This document shows positions 1-10,119 of a stretch of 64,000 nucleotides of DNA, piece after piece. The position numbers and the translations under genes were made by a program. Origin of the DNA: an uncultured SAR86 cluster bacterium (GTDB lineage Bacteria > Pseudomonadota > Gammaproteobacteria > Magnimaribacterales > D2472); contig CACEDQ010000006.1 in NCBI GenBank assembly GCA_902558375.1, forward strand, positions 634 through 64,633. Reading direction: 5' to 3'. The notes beneath the pieces are model-generated. The model was not told where the DNA came from, ran no database searches, and saw nothing but the letters and a program-made list of their open reading frames with translations. Position 1 is the stretch's first letter. Every line of letters starts with the position of its first letter.

Positions 1-1
1 C

Positions 2-1504
2 TTTAATTTTGATAAATTAAATTCTGATAATAAATTAAATTACAAACTTCTTAACCTCAACCTTGATAACTCCATAGAAGCATCAACCTATCCCTCATAT
101 TACATGTCGTTAAATCAAAGAGGTGGAGTCCAAAGTTATTATGAAACAGGAGACAGGCTTATATATTTATCTAAAACTGATTATGAAGATTGGTTGGTTA
201 GATTATCTAAATATTCAGATAATATAAATAATACAACCATTAACCTTAAAGAAGGATTGGCTAAAGGGTACACACAGCCTAAGCTTGTGACTAAGCAAGT
301 CATTACTCAAATAGATAATCTGTTAAATAATGAGCTAGATACTCATCCTTATTTAAAGATATTTTTATCAGCAAATGATGACTATTTTTTGAAGGGTGAG
401 AAAAATCAACTAATTAAAGATGCTAAAGAGTTAATTGCTAATAAAATAATTCCAGCATATCAAGATCTTAATACTTTTTTAAAGAATGAGTACTTACCTC
501 AATCGAGAGAATCAATTGGTCTTGATGGAGTCCCAAACGGCAAAGAATGGTACGAGTATGTTGCTAGATATCATACCACTACAAATCTTTCTCCAGATGA
601 GATTCATAATATAGGTCTAAGAGAGGTAAAAAGAATTAGATCTGAAATGGAGCAAATAATCAAAGATTTGGAATGGGATGGAGATTTTAAATCTTTTTTA
701 AATTACCTTAGAACCAGTCCAAGGTTTTATTATGATAATGGAGAAGATCTATTAAATGCATATCTAATAATGGCAAAAAAAATAGACCCTCTTCTTCCAA
801 AGATTTTTAAAGTTTTTCCAAGAGCTCCGTATGGAGTTATCCCGATTCCTGAAGAGTCTGCACCCTTCACAACAACTGCATACTATAATGGTCCAGCTAA
901 AGGCAGACCAGGATACTTTTATGCGAATCTTTATAAACCTGAGTCACGTCCAAAATATGAAATACCAGTATTAACCGTTCATGAAGCAGTACCTGGGCAT
1001 CATTTTCAAATATCACTTGCTCAAGAATTAGAAAATGTACCAACTTTCCGCAAATATTTGAGTTTTACAGCATTTGTTGAAGGTTGGGGCTTATATAGCG
1101 AAGAACTGGGTGAATTTATGGGAATCTATGATGATCCATACGATAAATTTGGACAACTAACTTATGATATGTGGAGAGCTATAAGATTGGTTGTTGATAC
1201 AGGAATGCACTATAAGGGCTGGTCAAGAGAAGATGCAATTAATCTCTTTATAGAAAATACAGCAAAATCTAAATTAGATATTGAAAATGAAGTTGATAGA
1301 TATATTGCATGGCCAGGTCAAGCCCTTGCATATAAGATTGGGCAATTAAAGATATTGGAATTAAGACAAAAAGCAAAAAGAGAATTAGGTGATAAATATG
1401 ATATTAAAGACTTCCATCATGAGATTCTAAAAAGAGGTTCAGTCCCATTAGATATTCTTGAAGAATATATTAATGACTGGATATCTGAGACTTTAAATTC
1501 TTAG
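2..1504 (+). CDS. DUF885 family protein (metallopeptidase-like), 5'-partial at the window edge
   Basis: The ORF-track frame stays open upstream of the listed ATG (104) back to nt 2, so the gene starts outside the window. Motifs '[10 protein letters not shown]' and '[14 protein letters not shown]' are typical of DUF885 as I recall it. Confidence 0.8.
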   Translation, partial: FNFDKLNSDNKLNYKLLNLNLDNSIEASTYPSYYMSLNQRGGVQSYYETGDRLIYLSKTDYEDWLVRLSKYSDNINNTTINLKEGLAKGYTQPKLVTKQVITQIDNLLNNELDTHPYLKIFLSANDDYFLKGEKNQLIKDAKELIANKIIPAYQDLNTFLKNEYLPQSRESIGLDGVPNGKEWYEYVARYHTTTNLSPDEIHNIGLREVKRIRSEMEQIIKDLEWDGDFKSFLNYLRTSPRFYYDNGEDLLNAYLIMAKKIDPLLPKIFKVFPRAPYGVIPIPEESAPFTTTAYYNGPAKGRPGYFYANLYKPESRPKYEIPVLTVHEAVPGHHFQISLAQELENVPTFRKYLSFTAFVEGWGLYSEELGEFMGIYDDPYDKFGQLTYDMWRAIRLVVDTGMHYKGWSREDAINLFIENTAKSKLDIENEVDRYIAWPGQALAYKIGQLKILELRQKAKRELGDKYDIKDFHHEILKRGSVPLDILEEYINDWISETLNS

Positions 1505-1628
1505 AATTTCTACATCTATCACTGCAATATTTAACATTATTCCAGTTTTTTTCCCACTTCTTACGCCAAGAAAATGGTTTATTACAGATAACACAAATTT
1601 TTTGTTCTAACTTAAGTTTTTTATGCAA
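1470..1628 (-). CDS. DUF2256-like small zinc-ribbon protein (52 aa, TTG start); not in the ORF track
   Basis: Manual translation gives (M)[51 protein letters not shown]. The pattern CxxC...WRKKW...VKYCSxRCR matches the DUF2256 signature from memory. The TTG start overlaps the DUF1285 stop. The 3' end overlaps the convergent DUF885 gene by 35 nt. Confidence 0.65.
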   Translation of the reverse strand: MHKKLKLEQKICVICNKPFSWRKKWEKNWNNVKYCSDRCRNSKNLKSQISSH

Positions 1629-2154
1629 TTTTACCTACTGGATAATCCTTATTGGCACTAGTTATATATAGAATGTCATCGATTATATTATTCTTTTCTA
1701 AAGCATAATTTATTAAATTATAATAAGTTGATCTACTAAAAAAACCCTCAATGTTATCTCTTACATTAACAATAGGGATTTGAGTATCTTCAAACTCAAT
1801 AAGTTTAATTGAATTAATTTCATTGATAACAAAAGAATATTCAAAGTTTGTAACTAACTCAAGATACTCACTATTAAAATTAAAGTCTGTAATAACATAT
1901 GGAGCTATAGCAGTTTTTAGAGGAACTTTTTCATGAGGAGTAACTAAGTAATATAAGTCATCATCTTTTCTTAAAACGGTGGAGAAAAGCTTTGTTAATT
2001 TATAATTTTTAATTGGGGAATTGTTATAAAACCACTCACCCTCTCTGTCTACATAAAATTCCTGACCTTCACATAATTCTGGATTCCACTTGTGAACTGG
2101 TGGGAAACTGTTTCCAGTTAACTTAATATTATTAGCAATCTTAGAAATACTCAT
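1621..2154 (-). CDS. DUF1285 domain-containing protein
   Basis: 177 aa. The N-terminal segment '[13 protein letters not shown]-like ... [16 protein letters not shown]' resembles DUF1285 proteins. The start overlaps the upstream gene by 14 nt. Confidence 0.7.
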   Translation of the reverse strand: MSISKIANNIKLTGNSFPPVHKWNPELCEGQEFYVDREGEWFYNNSPIKNYKLTKLFSTVLRKDDDLYYLVTPHEKVPLKTAIAPYVITDFNFNSEYLELVTNFEYSFVINEINSIKLIEFEDTQIPIVNVRDNIEGFFSRSTYYNLINYALEKNNIIDDILYITSANKDYPVGKIA

Positions 2155-2752
2155 GTATAGATTTTATAAAAATGAAGAGACCAATTAAACATAAAATTGC
2201 TGATAAAAAATAATTTATTAATTTATTCTTATGAATATTAATTATCTTCGATGATGTAAGCAAAAAAGACACCAATATAAACCATAATGCAGAAGTAATT
2301 GAAAAGTAAATTGGATAAAGATAAAAAAATATACCCTGAATTGAGTCTATAAGGATAGTAAATAATGAAACAAAAAATATAAAGGCTTTAATGTTAAATA
2401 TGTTTGTAATTAAACCTGATAAAAAACTTCCATATATTGAAAAACTATTCTTTGAATTGTCTTGATCATATTCAGGCAAAGAGCTAGCTCTAACCATTGT
2501 AATCCCAAGATAAAATATATAGGAACTACCAATGATGCTTATTATAAATTTATAGAGCTCATCTTCTAATATAAGTAACGAAATTCCATTTATTGCAAGA
2601 AAACAATGAAAATAAATTCCTACACCTATACCAAGGGCAGTATAAAAACCTGCATTTCTTCCATATAAGGAGACTTGTCTTATTGTTATCGCTGTATCTG
2701 GTCCTGGACTTGTTAATGCAATGATATGTGCTATTGATGACCAAATAAACAT
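2141..2752 (-). CDS. LysE/RhtB family amino-acid exporter
   Basis: Polytopic membrane protein with an N-terminal 'LTSPGPD' motif typical of the LysE family. I prefer the ATG at 2752 (MFIWSS...), which removes the 23-nt overlap with murB. Confidence 0.8.
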   Translation of the reverse strand: MFIWSSIAHIIALTSPGPDTAITIRQVSLYGRNAGFYTALGIGVGIYFHCFLAINGISLLILEDELYKFIISIIGSSYIFYLGITMVRASSLPEYDQDNSKNSFSIYGSFLSGLITNIFNIKAFIFFVSLFTILIDSIQGIFFYLYPIYFSITSALWFILVSFLLTSSKIINIHKNKLINYFLSAILCLIGLFIFIKSIHEYF

Positions 2753-2753
2753 A

Positions 2754-3749
2754 TCAATAAATAATATTTGGTTCAATTTCTAAATTAATATTAAATGTTG
2801 TAAGAACCAATTCTTGAATTTCAGATGCGAAGTTTAATATATCTTCTTGGGATGCTTTCCCATTGGTAACTAACACCAAACAGTGTTTATTATATAAACT
2901 AACATTTTTATGTAGCGATAAATCACCTTTTATTAATTCAATCAACCTTGCTGCACCAACCTTTACTTTAGAATTATCATGATTCCAAAGTATCAATTTT
3001 TCTTTTGAATGAATATTAAAATTAATTGAATTAAATTCAACAATAGGATTTTTAAAAAAACTCCCAACATTGTTAATCAATTTAGGATCGGGCAATGCTT
3101 GAGATCTAATTTTTGAAATAACGTTGCTCAGATCAATGGGGTTATTAATAATTATGGAATTTTTTTTAATAAATTTTGTAATGGTTTCATAGTTAGTTGA
3201 AATTATTTTTTCTTTATTGGTTATAAAATTTATGTTGTAGATAAGATAATCTGAATTTTTTAAGGAAGAATTTCTATATATAAAATTACACTCTGAGTTT
3301 TTTAAATTAACTTTCCTAAAATTTTTTAAGCAATAACAATCTATACTTTCAATTAAAGAAGAAACTTCAGAACCATATGCACCAATATTTTGAATTGGGG
3401 CTGCACCAACACTTCCAGGTATGTCGACTAAGTTTTCAAATCCATAAATACTTTTTGAAAGACAATACTTAACAAGTTCATTCCAATTGTATCCGGCGCC
3501 AACTTTTAATAATTTATTAGCATTATCTTCAATTATATTTTTAAATTTAGTCTTGATAATAATCCCATCAAAGTATTCTGGTAAAACTAAATTTGTACCC
3601 TCACCTACAATATAGTATTTATTATTATGTTCACTAAAATAATATTTTAATTCTTCTAAATCACTTTCACTCTCAAGAGTTAGTTGAATCTTGCACTTTG
3701 CATTGATGGCTAGTGAATTTACTATATGTGCATCTTCTTCAATAATCAT
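2754..3749 (-). CDS. murB: UDP-N-acetylenolpyruvoylglucosamine reductase
   Basis: Contains the motifs 'VGEGTNLV' and 'GAAPIQNIGAYG'. Length is 331 aa, and the gene follows kdsB as in other gammaproteobacteria. Confidence 0.9.
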   Translation of the reverse strand: MIIEEDAHIVNSLAINAKCKIQLTLESESDLEELKYYFSEHNNKYYIVGEGTNLVLPEYFDGIIIKTKFKNIIEDNANKLLKVGAGYNWNELVKYCLSKSIYGFENLVDIPGSVGAAPIQNIGAYGSEVSSLIESIDCYCLKNFRKVNLKNSECNFIYRNSSLKNSDYLIYNINFITNKEKIISTNYETITKFIKKNSIIINNPIDLSNVISKIRSQALPDPKLINNVGSFFKNPIVEFNSINFNIHSKEKLILWNHDNSKVKVGAARLIELIKGDLSLHKNVSLYNKHCLVLVTNGKASQEDILNFASEIQELVLTTFNINLEIEPNIIY

Positions 3750-4468
3750 AATGTTTTTAAGTAAGCTTCAGCTTTTTTAAGATCTTCATCTGTATCAATA
3801 CCTGGTGGAACATCTTTATCATATTCAGTCATATAAATAGATAAATTATTATCCAGAAACCTTAGTTGCTCTAACTTATTATTTAATTCACTCTGTGTTG
3901 GCTTTAAATTTACTATTTTTGACAAAGTTTTATATTTGTAACCATACACACCGATATGCCTCATAACATATGAATTATTAGTCGTTGTAACTTCTCTTTT
4001 AAAAGCATCTGCATATCCATTTTCATTAATAATTACTTTTACACAGTTTTTATTTAGAAGGTCATGCATATCAACTATTGAATGGCAGGCTGAAATAACA
4101 TCAGGATCAACCTTAAAAAAATCATCTATAATTTTCTTAAGTAGTCCATTTGGCATAAAAGGTTCATCACCTTGCAAATTAATGACGAGATCATTGTCTG
4201 ATAATTGTAATTCCGTAGCTGCCTCATATACCCTATCTGTCCCAGATATATGATCAGAACTAGTCATGATTACATTTTTAGTAAATTTTGATACGTGTTC
4301 GAATATTTCATTAGAATCTGTAGCAACATATGACTCACTAGTTATATTGATTGCATTATTGAAAACTCTTTGTATTAATGAAATACCCCCAATATCAATA
4401 AGTGGTTTTTTTTTAAGTCTTGTAGAACCAATTCTGGATGGGATAAGAATAAAAAATTTATTAGACAT
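3746..4468 (-). CDS. kdsB: 3-deoxy-manno-octulosonate cytidylyltransferase (CMP-Kdo synthetase)
   Basis: Contains 'IIPSRIGSTRLKKKPL' and 'NLQGDEP'. Length is 240 aa, and the gene lies next to lpxK. Confidence 0.92.
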   Translation of the reverse strand: MSNKFFILIPSRIGSTRLKKKPLIDIGGISLIQRVFNNAINITSESYVATDSNEIFEHVSKFTKNVIMTSSDHISGTDRVYEAATELQLSDNDLVINLQGDEPFMPNGLLKKIIDDFFKVDPDVISACHSIVDMHDLLNKNCVKVIINENGYADAFKREVTTTNNSYVMRHIGVYGYKYKTLSKIVNLKPTQSELNNKLEQLRFLDNNLSIYMTEYDKDVPPGIDTDEDLKKAEAYLKTL

Positions 4469-7230
4469 TATTTATTTATTGATTTGAGCTTATAGTCTAT
4501 CTCTTCAATAAAATTATCTGAAACATCAGCCTCAATGGTTAGATACCAAATCTTATTGTTATCAAAATTAGAGCATTTTGATGCATCTTTTTCTGTCATT
4601 ATGATTGGGAGATGATCTAAAAAATGAATATCTTCTTCGGTAAAATTATGATGATCAGGAAAAGAATTACGAGTTATATCAAAGCCCAACCTAACCAATA
4701 AATCAAAAAACCTTCCTGGATTACCCAAACCTGCAACAGCATGAACTTGTTTATGCATTGGCCATTCCTTAACAGGATAAGACTTTCCAGATTTTAAATG
4801 TATAAACCTAGAAGGACTAACATTCATTAAGTATTCATTATTTTGAGTTGGTCCACCGTTATTGACAATAAAATCAACGGTATCTAATCTATTTTTAGTT
4901 TCTCTTAATGGGCCAGCTGGAAAAGTTAAATTATTTCCAAATCTTCTTTTGCCGTCTATTACAACTATTTCTATATCTCTAGTCATATTGTAGTGCTGTA
5001 AACCATCATCAGATAAGATGACGTTGCATTCATGATTTTCAAGTAATTTTTTTACAGCTCTTACTCTATTTTTATCTATATAAAAAGGTAGATCTAACTT
5101 TGCAAGTATTTGAGCTTCATCACCAGTTTGCTTTACCGGAGTTTCATTTGTCACTTCTAATGTTTCTCTAAATTTGCCACCATAACCCCTACTAACTATT
5201 CCTGGTTTATAGCCTAAGGATTTAAGTTCTTTAGCAATATAAGCAACTAACGGAGTTTTACCTGTTCCACCTATAGTTAAATTTCCAACAATAATTACTG
5301 GTACATTGAACTTATGAGATAAACTTTTATTAGCAATAAATTTCTTTCTTCGACTATCAGTTAAGAATGAAAAAATAAATGAGAATGGTAAAAGTAAATA
5401 TAACCACAGACTTTTTTTATACCAGCTATCAACAACAAAGCTTGAGTTATCTTCATCACTAAATTCAGGAACATATATTTGATTAGAAGATTTAACTTTT
5501 ATTTTATCTTTTGGTGAGTCTTCAAATTTATTCTTATAAAGGGATTGGTATATTCCATCTGTTTCTAATAGCTCTTTATGAGTACCTGTTTCAGCAATCA
5601 TACCTTTTTCAAGAACAATTATTCTAGATGCATTTTCAATTGTTGACAGTCTATGAGCTATAACAATAGTTGTACGGTTAGTGATGAGCTTCTCTAAGGC
5701 CTCTTGAACAATTAATTCGGATTCAGTATCCAAAGCTGATGTTGCCTCATCAAGTATTATTATTGGTGAATCTTTATAAAATGCCCGAGCAATAGCTAAT
5801 CTTTGTCGCTGACCTCCTGACAATAAAACACCGTCATCTCCAATCTCTGATTCAAATCCTTCAGGAAGTTCCTCTATAAAATCAATACAACCAGCTTGTT
5901 TTGCACACTCTTTAAGCCTATGGAAATCTATTTCATCTTCACCATAAGCAATATTCTTGGCAATTGTGTCATTAAATAATGAGGGAGATTGATTAACTAT
6001 AGATATAGAGGACCTTAAATGTTTAAGTGAATAATCATTTACAGAAATTTCATCAATTAAAATATCGCCAGATGTATGGTTATAAAAACGTGGTATTAAA
6101 TTAGCAATAGTAGATTTACCCGAACCAGATTTTCCAACAATTGCTACTGTTTCATTTTTATTAATGGTGAACGAGACATTATCAATAATTAAACCACCGG
6201 TATTATATGAAAAAGAAACTTCTTTAAATTCAATATTGCCATGGATCTGTTCAGTATTTTCACCATTATTATCTTCGTTATCTTGATCAAGTTGATCAAA
6301 AATTTCATTTGCAGCAGCAAGTCCTTTTTGAATAATAATATTCACATTTGATAATTGACGAAGTGGTTTGGCCATCAAGCCTGCAGCTGTAAAAAATGCA
6401 ACAAATGTTTCAGCATCAAGCGTTATTCCTAATTGAGGACCTAGGGCAAAAAATGCTACAAGAGATAGAGATATTGAAACTAAAATTTGAATTATTGGAG
6501 TGGCTAAATTTCCTGTGGCTTCAAGTTTTAGGTTTTGATTTTTATTTGATGAATTGGCAATAAAAAATCTTTTATTTTCATATTCTTCTGCATTAAAGCT
6601 CTTAATTTCAACATGGCCGTCAACAGCCTCTGATGCTATATGAGTTACATCTCCCATTGCTGTCTGAATTTTTGTAGCAAGCTTCTTAAGCCTCTTTCCA
6701 GCTACATACACTATTAATGCAATGAATGGTGCTGTGGCTACCAATAGTAAAGTCAATTTTAAATTAAGAAATAGTAAATAAATAAAAAGGCCTAAAAGAA
6801 GAAAGCCTTCTCTTACAATAGTTTTTACAGCATTAGATGCAGCAGCAGAAACTTGAGTTGTAGTAAATGTTATTCTATTAATTAGTTGTCCTGATTGGTT
6901 TTCATCAAAATATGATTTTGGTAGATCGTGAAGCTTTTGAAAAAGTTCAGCACGCAAATCATGAACAATTCCAAAACCAACTCGTGACATAAAATAGTTA
7001 CCAACAAAAAAACCAAGGCCTCTGGTAATAGCAATAAATACTAATGACATTGCTAACAAAGTACTAAGACTCTTATCTTCTGATTCAAAAAAACCAATTA
7101 TTCTTCTAATCCACTCAACAGCAGCAATATCTGCAGCAGCAAAAGTTATAAAACCAATTACACTTATTAAAAATGACCATTTATAACGATAGGTATAACC
7201 GAGAATTCGTCTTAGACTGCCTGTTTTCAT
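4468..7230 (-). CDS. msbA-lpxK: Fusion protein: lipid A export ABC transporter MsbA (about aa 1-575) joined to tetraacyldisaccharide 4'-kinase LpxK (about aa 600-920)
   Basis: One uninterrupted 920-codon ORF. The N-terminal part has 6 TM helices plus Walker A 'GKSGSGKST', signature 'LSGGQRQR' and Walker B 'IIILDEATSALD'. A charged linker 'DSPKDKIKVKSSNQIYVPEFSDEDNSS' follows. Then comes the LpxK hydrophobic helix 'LWLYLLLPFSFIFSFL', the P-loop 'VGNLTIGGTGKTP' and 'VSRGYGG'. Confidence 0.9.
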   Translation of the reverse strand: MKTGSLRRILGYTYRYKWSFLISVIGFITFAAADIAAVEWIRRIIGFFESEDKSLSTLLAMSLVFIAITRGLGFFVGNYFMSRVGFGIVHDLRAELFQKLHDLPKSYFDENQSGQLINRITFTTTQVSAAASNAVKTIVREGFLLLGLFIYLLFLNLKLTLLLVATAPFIALIVYVAGKRLKKLATKIQTAMGDVTHIASEAVDGHVEIKSFNAEEYENKRFFIANSSNKNQNLKLEATGNLATPIIQILVSISLSLVAFFALGPQLGITLDAETFVAFFTAAGLMAKPLRQLSNVNIIIQKGLAAANEIFDQLDQDNEDNNGENTEQIHGNIEFKEVSFSYNTGGLIIDNVSFTINKNETVAIVGKSGSGKSTIANLIPRFYNHTSGDILIDEISVNDYSLKHLRSSISIVNQSPSLFNDTIAKNIAYGEDEIDFHRLKECAKQAGCIDFIEELPEGFESEIGDDGVLLSGGQRQRLAIARAFYKDSPIIILDEATSALDTESELIVQEALEKLITNRTTIVIAHRLSTIENASRIIVLEKGMIAETGTHKELLETDGIYQSLYKNKFEDSPKDKIKVKSSNQIYVPEFSDEDNSSFVVDSWYKKSLWLYLLLPFSFIFSFLTDSRRKKFIANKSLSHKFNVPVIIVGNLTIGGTGKTPLVAYIAKELKSLGYKPGIVSRGYGGKFRETLEVTNETPVKQTGDEAQILAKLDLPFYIDKNRVRAVKKLLENHECNVILSDDGLQHYNMTRDIEIVVIDGKRRFGNNLTFPAGPLRETKNRLDTVDFIVNNGGPTQNNEYLMNVSPSRFIHLKSGKSYPVKEWPMHKQVHAVAGLGNPGRFFDLLVRLGFDITRNSFPDHHNFTEEDIHFLDHLPIIMTEKDASKCSNFDNNKIWYLTIEADVSDNFIEEIDYKLKSINK

Positions 7231-7631
7231 TTTTCAATAGTTCTTATTTGAACTTCATTAAAGCCATATGTATTTAAGATATCCATTATACCTACAATCC
7301 ATACATGAAGGGATGATGCTTCTGCACTTAGCACTATAGAGCCAGATGAATTATCTAATCTAAAAATAGCATCCTCAATATCATTCATATTATCAATATT
7401 AAAAACAATCCCATTAATATAAACATTACCAGTTGAAGTTATTGATATCTCATTATTTATTTCGACAAGATTAGTATTAAAAGATTCTGTTTTAGGAAGA
7501 TCTAGTGATAAAAATTGTGAGTCCCCTACCTTAGAGGTAACAACAAAGAAAATTACAAGTAAAAAAACAATATCTATTAGGGGAGTTATCTCTATTGAAA
7601 AAGAGGATTTTTCTTGATTAATAAATTTCAT
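7227..7631 (-). CDS. exbD: ExbD/TolR family biopolymer transport protein
   Basis: 134 aa with a single N-terminal TM helix and 'ITPLIDIVFLLVIFF'. It overlaps both neighbours by 4 nt. Confidence 0.85.
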   Translation of the reverse strand: MKFINQEKSSFSIEITPLIDIVFLLVIFFVVTSKVGDSQFLSLDLPKTESFNTNLVEINNEISITSTGNVYINGIVFNIDNMNDIEDAIFRLDNSSGSIVLSAEASSLHVWIVGIMDILNTYGFNEVQIRTIEK

Positions 7632-8227
7632 TTATTTATGACATCTATAAATCTAGATACTTCAATTTGAAGAGATATTAAAAGAGAGGAAACCTTTTGT
7701 TCAAAGTATTTATGAAGAACAAGACCGGGAACAGCTATAAATAACCCAAAAGCTGTTGTTATCAATGCTTGTGAAATACCAGCGGCTAAAGCATCTGGGT
7801 TAGCACCTGTTGCTTCACTTAACCCTGTAAAAGCAGTTATCATTCCAATTACGGTGCCAAGAAGACCCAGCAAAGGGCTAATTGTTGCAATTGTTCCTAG
7901 CATGTTTAAATTTCTTTCAAGTGTGAACTTTACTTCTATAGCCTTTTCTTCGATTTTTGATTCTAAATTTTCCCGAGGTAAATCTTTATATTTAATACAA
8001 GATATAAGCAAAAAACCTAATGATGATAAGTCTGAAATTTCTTCAGCTTGTTTATTATTAATAAGGTCTTTATTAAAAAGATTAACGATTTGATTTGTTA
8101 GTCCATTTGGTGAGACAAGCCTAATTTGTAAAAACCATAAGCGTTCTACAGCAATAGTTATAATTAAAATACTACATGCAAGCAACGGCCACATAAAAGG
8201 GCCTCCTGCAGTTATAAATTCTGTCAT
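7628..8227 (-). CDS. exbB: MotA/TolQ/ExbB family proton channel
   Basis: Contains 'GGPFMWPLLACS' and 'LGLLGTVIGMITAF'. It has 3 TM helices and is 199 aa long. Confidence 0.85.
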   Translation of the reverse strand: MTEFITAGGPFMWPLLACSILIITIAVERLWFLQIRLVSPNGLTNQIVNLFNKDLINNKQAEEISDLSSLGFLLISCIKYKDLPRENLESKIEEKAIEVKFTLERNLNMLGTIATISPLLGLLGTVIGMITAFTGLSEATGANPDALAAGISQALITTAFGLFIAVPGLVLHKYFEQKVSSLLISLQIEVSRFIDVINK

Positions 8228-8896
8228 TTAAACCTCAGCCAAATTCATGTTTTGAATTTTATAGATTTTATCAAAGTTTTTTATAAAGTTGTTATCGTGG
8301 GTTGCTGTCACTAGAGCTATGTTGTGACGTTTTGAGATATCTAATAACAAGTTTTGAATTATACCTGCATTTTTTTGATCAAGATTACCAGTAGGTTCAT
8401 CTAAAAAAATAAAGTTAGGTTTATTAACCAACGCTCTTGCTATAGCAACTCTTTGTTTTTCACCGCCAGACAGTTTCCAAGGAAGATGGCTAATTCTTGA
8501 AGTAAGACCAACTTCTTCAATAATATCTAATACTGATGAATTATTAGAAGATTTATTCGAAATTTCGAGTGGTATTAGAATATTTTCAAGAACGTTGAGA
8601 TCTTCTAATAAATGATGAAACTGATATACAAAACCAAAATTATTAAGTCTAACCTTACTTAAATCATTATTTTTAAAAGTTGTTGAATCTTTATCATCAT
8701 AAATTAAAGAACCAGATGATTGAGAATCTAGTGATGCAATAATTTGTAATAATGTCGATTTACCAGCACCAGACTGTCCTGATATGGCTACTAAATCACC
8801 TCTTGATATTGTTATATTTATATCCTTTAGAACTTCTATTTCATTTGAATCAATGAAATACGATTTACATAGATTTATGCATTCAATTTTATTCAT
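8228..8896 (-). CDS. lolD: Lipoprotein-releasing system ATP-binding protein
   Basis: ABC ATPase with '[10 protein letters not shown]', '[15 protein letters not shown]' and '[11 protein letters not shown]'. It lies directly downstream of, and overlaps, the LolC/E-type permease gene. Confidence 0.85.
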   Translation of the reverse strand: MNKIECINLCKSYFIDSNEIEVLKDINITISRGDLVAISGQSGAGKSTLLQIIASLDSQSSGSLIYDDKDSTTFKNNDLSKVRLNNFGFVYQFHHLLEDLNVLENILIPLEISNKSSNNSSVLDIIEEVGLTSRISHLPWKLSGGEKQRVAIARALVNKPNFIFLDEPTGNLDQKNAGIIQNLLLDISKRHNIALVTATHDNNFIKNFDKIYKIQNMNLAEV

Positions 8897-10112
8897 GTCT
8901 TAATATCTCAATTGGATTTAGCTTTGTTACTCTTAATGCTGGCAATAAAGATGAAAAAATACTAAAAATAAATGATAAACAACATATATAAAAAATTTGT
9001 GTATAGTCAATGTAATATGGAAAATAATTTATGAAATAAGCTTCTAGCAAATTTTTCTGTAGTATTGATTCAAGAAAAGCTATGAAATTATTTAAGTTAA
9101 ATGTTATTAATAGTCCTATTAATAAACCAAAAACCAGTCCTATTAAGCTAACCATCAATCCTTGATAAAAGAAAATCATAACTAACTGACTATTATTAGC
9201 TCCTATAGTTTTAAGAATACCCACCTCTCTTTCTTTAGACTTAACAGTCATGACTATAGTTGAAAGTACAAGTATTGAAGCAACACCAACAATCAAAAAT
9301 AACATTAAACCAATTAATAATTTTTCAAATTGAATCGCTTCAAACAATGTTCCATGTGTTTGCTTCCATGATGATGAAAAAAGACCGGTGTCGTCTGGTA
9401 TAGAATCAAAAGCAATTTTATCAGCAATAAATAAATCAGATGTTTTCAGCCTAATAGATGAGGTTTGATTATTAAGCGATTTAATTTTTTGAGCTAGTTT
9501 ATGAGAAATTAAAACTAAAGATTGATCAATTTCAGCTCTTAGTTCAAATATACCAACCACCTCCAGTGAAACAGATTTAGGATAAGATCCTATAATTGTT
9601 GTCTTTATGTCAGAAGTTGTAATATTTATTTTATCACCAGGAAAAACTCCTAGGTATGATGCTAACCAAGAACCAATTATTATTGAATTGTCTTTATGCA
9701 AATCACTAATTTCTCCATAAATCATATATTCAGGTAATATCGAAACATTTTTTTCAAGATTTGGTTTTATGCCGTTAACAGATACACCTTTACTAACAGA
9801 TTTAGATGTAGCTAGTGCCTGAAATGAAATATATGGGACAGCTTCTAAAATATTTGGGTTTTGTTTTATTTTCTCAATTAAAGACTCATATTTCTTAATA
9901 GGTTCATCGGCATAAAGAACAGCATGCGGAACAACACCGAGAATTCTATTTTGTAATTCTTTCTCAAAACCATTCATTACTGACATGACAATAATTAAAC
10001 TTGCTACGCCTATAGCAAGACCAGAAATTGCCAAAAATGAAGTAAATGAAAAAACTCCTCCTTTATTAGATTTAAAGTACTTAAAAGCTAATTTAAGAGG
10101 AAGTTTAAACAC
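8889..10112 (-). CDS. Lipoprotein-releasing system permease, LolC/LolE family (the only copy in this cluster)
   Basis: 407 aa. It has the FtsX-like 4-TM architecture with a large periplasmic loop and the N-terminus 'LKLAFKYFKSNKGG...FLAISGLAIGVASLI'. Confidence 0.85.
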   Translation of the reverse strand: MFKLPLKLAFKYFKSNKGGVFSFTSFLAISGLAIGVASLIIVMSVMNGFEKELQNRILGVVPHAVLYADEPIKKYESLIEKIKQNPNILEAVPYISFQALATSKSVSKGVSVNGIKPNLEKNVSILPEYMIYGEISDLHKDNSIIIGSWLASYLGVFPGDKINITTSDIKTTIIGSYPKSVSLEVVGIFELRAEIDQSLVLISHKLAQKIKSLNNQTSSIRLKTSDLFIADKIAFDSIPDDTGLFSSSWKQTHGTLFEAIQFEKLLIGLMLFLIVGVASILVLSTIVMTVKSKEREVGILKTIGANNSQLVMIFFYQGLMVSLIGLVFGLLIGLLITFNLNNFIAFLESILQKNLLEAYFINYFPYYIDYTQIFYICCLSFIFSIFSSLLPALRVTKLNPIEILRHE

Positions 10113-10119
10113 GGGGTTA

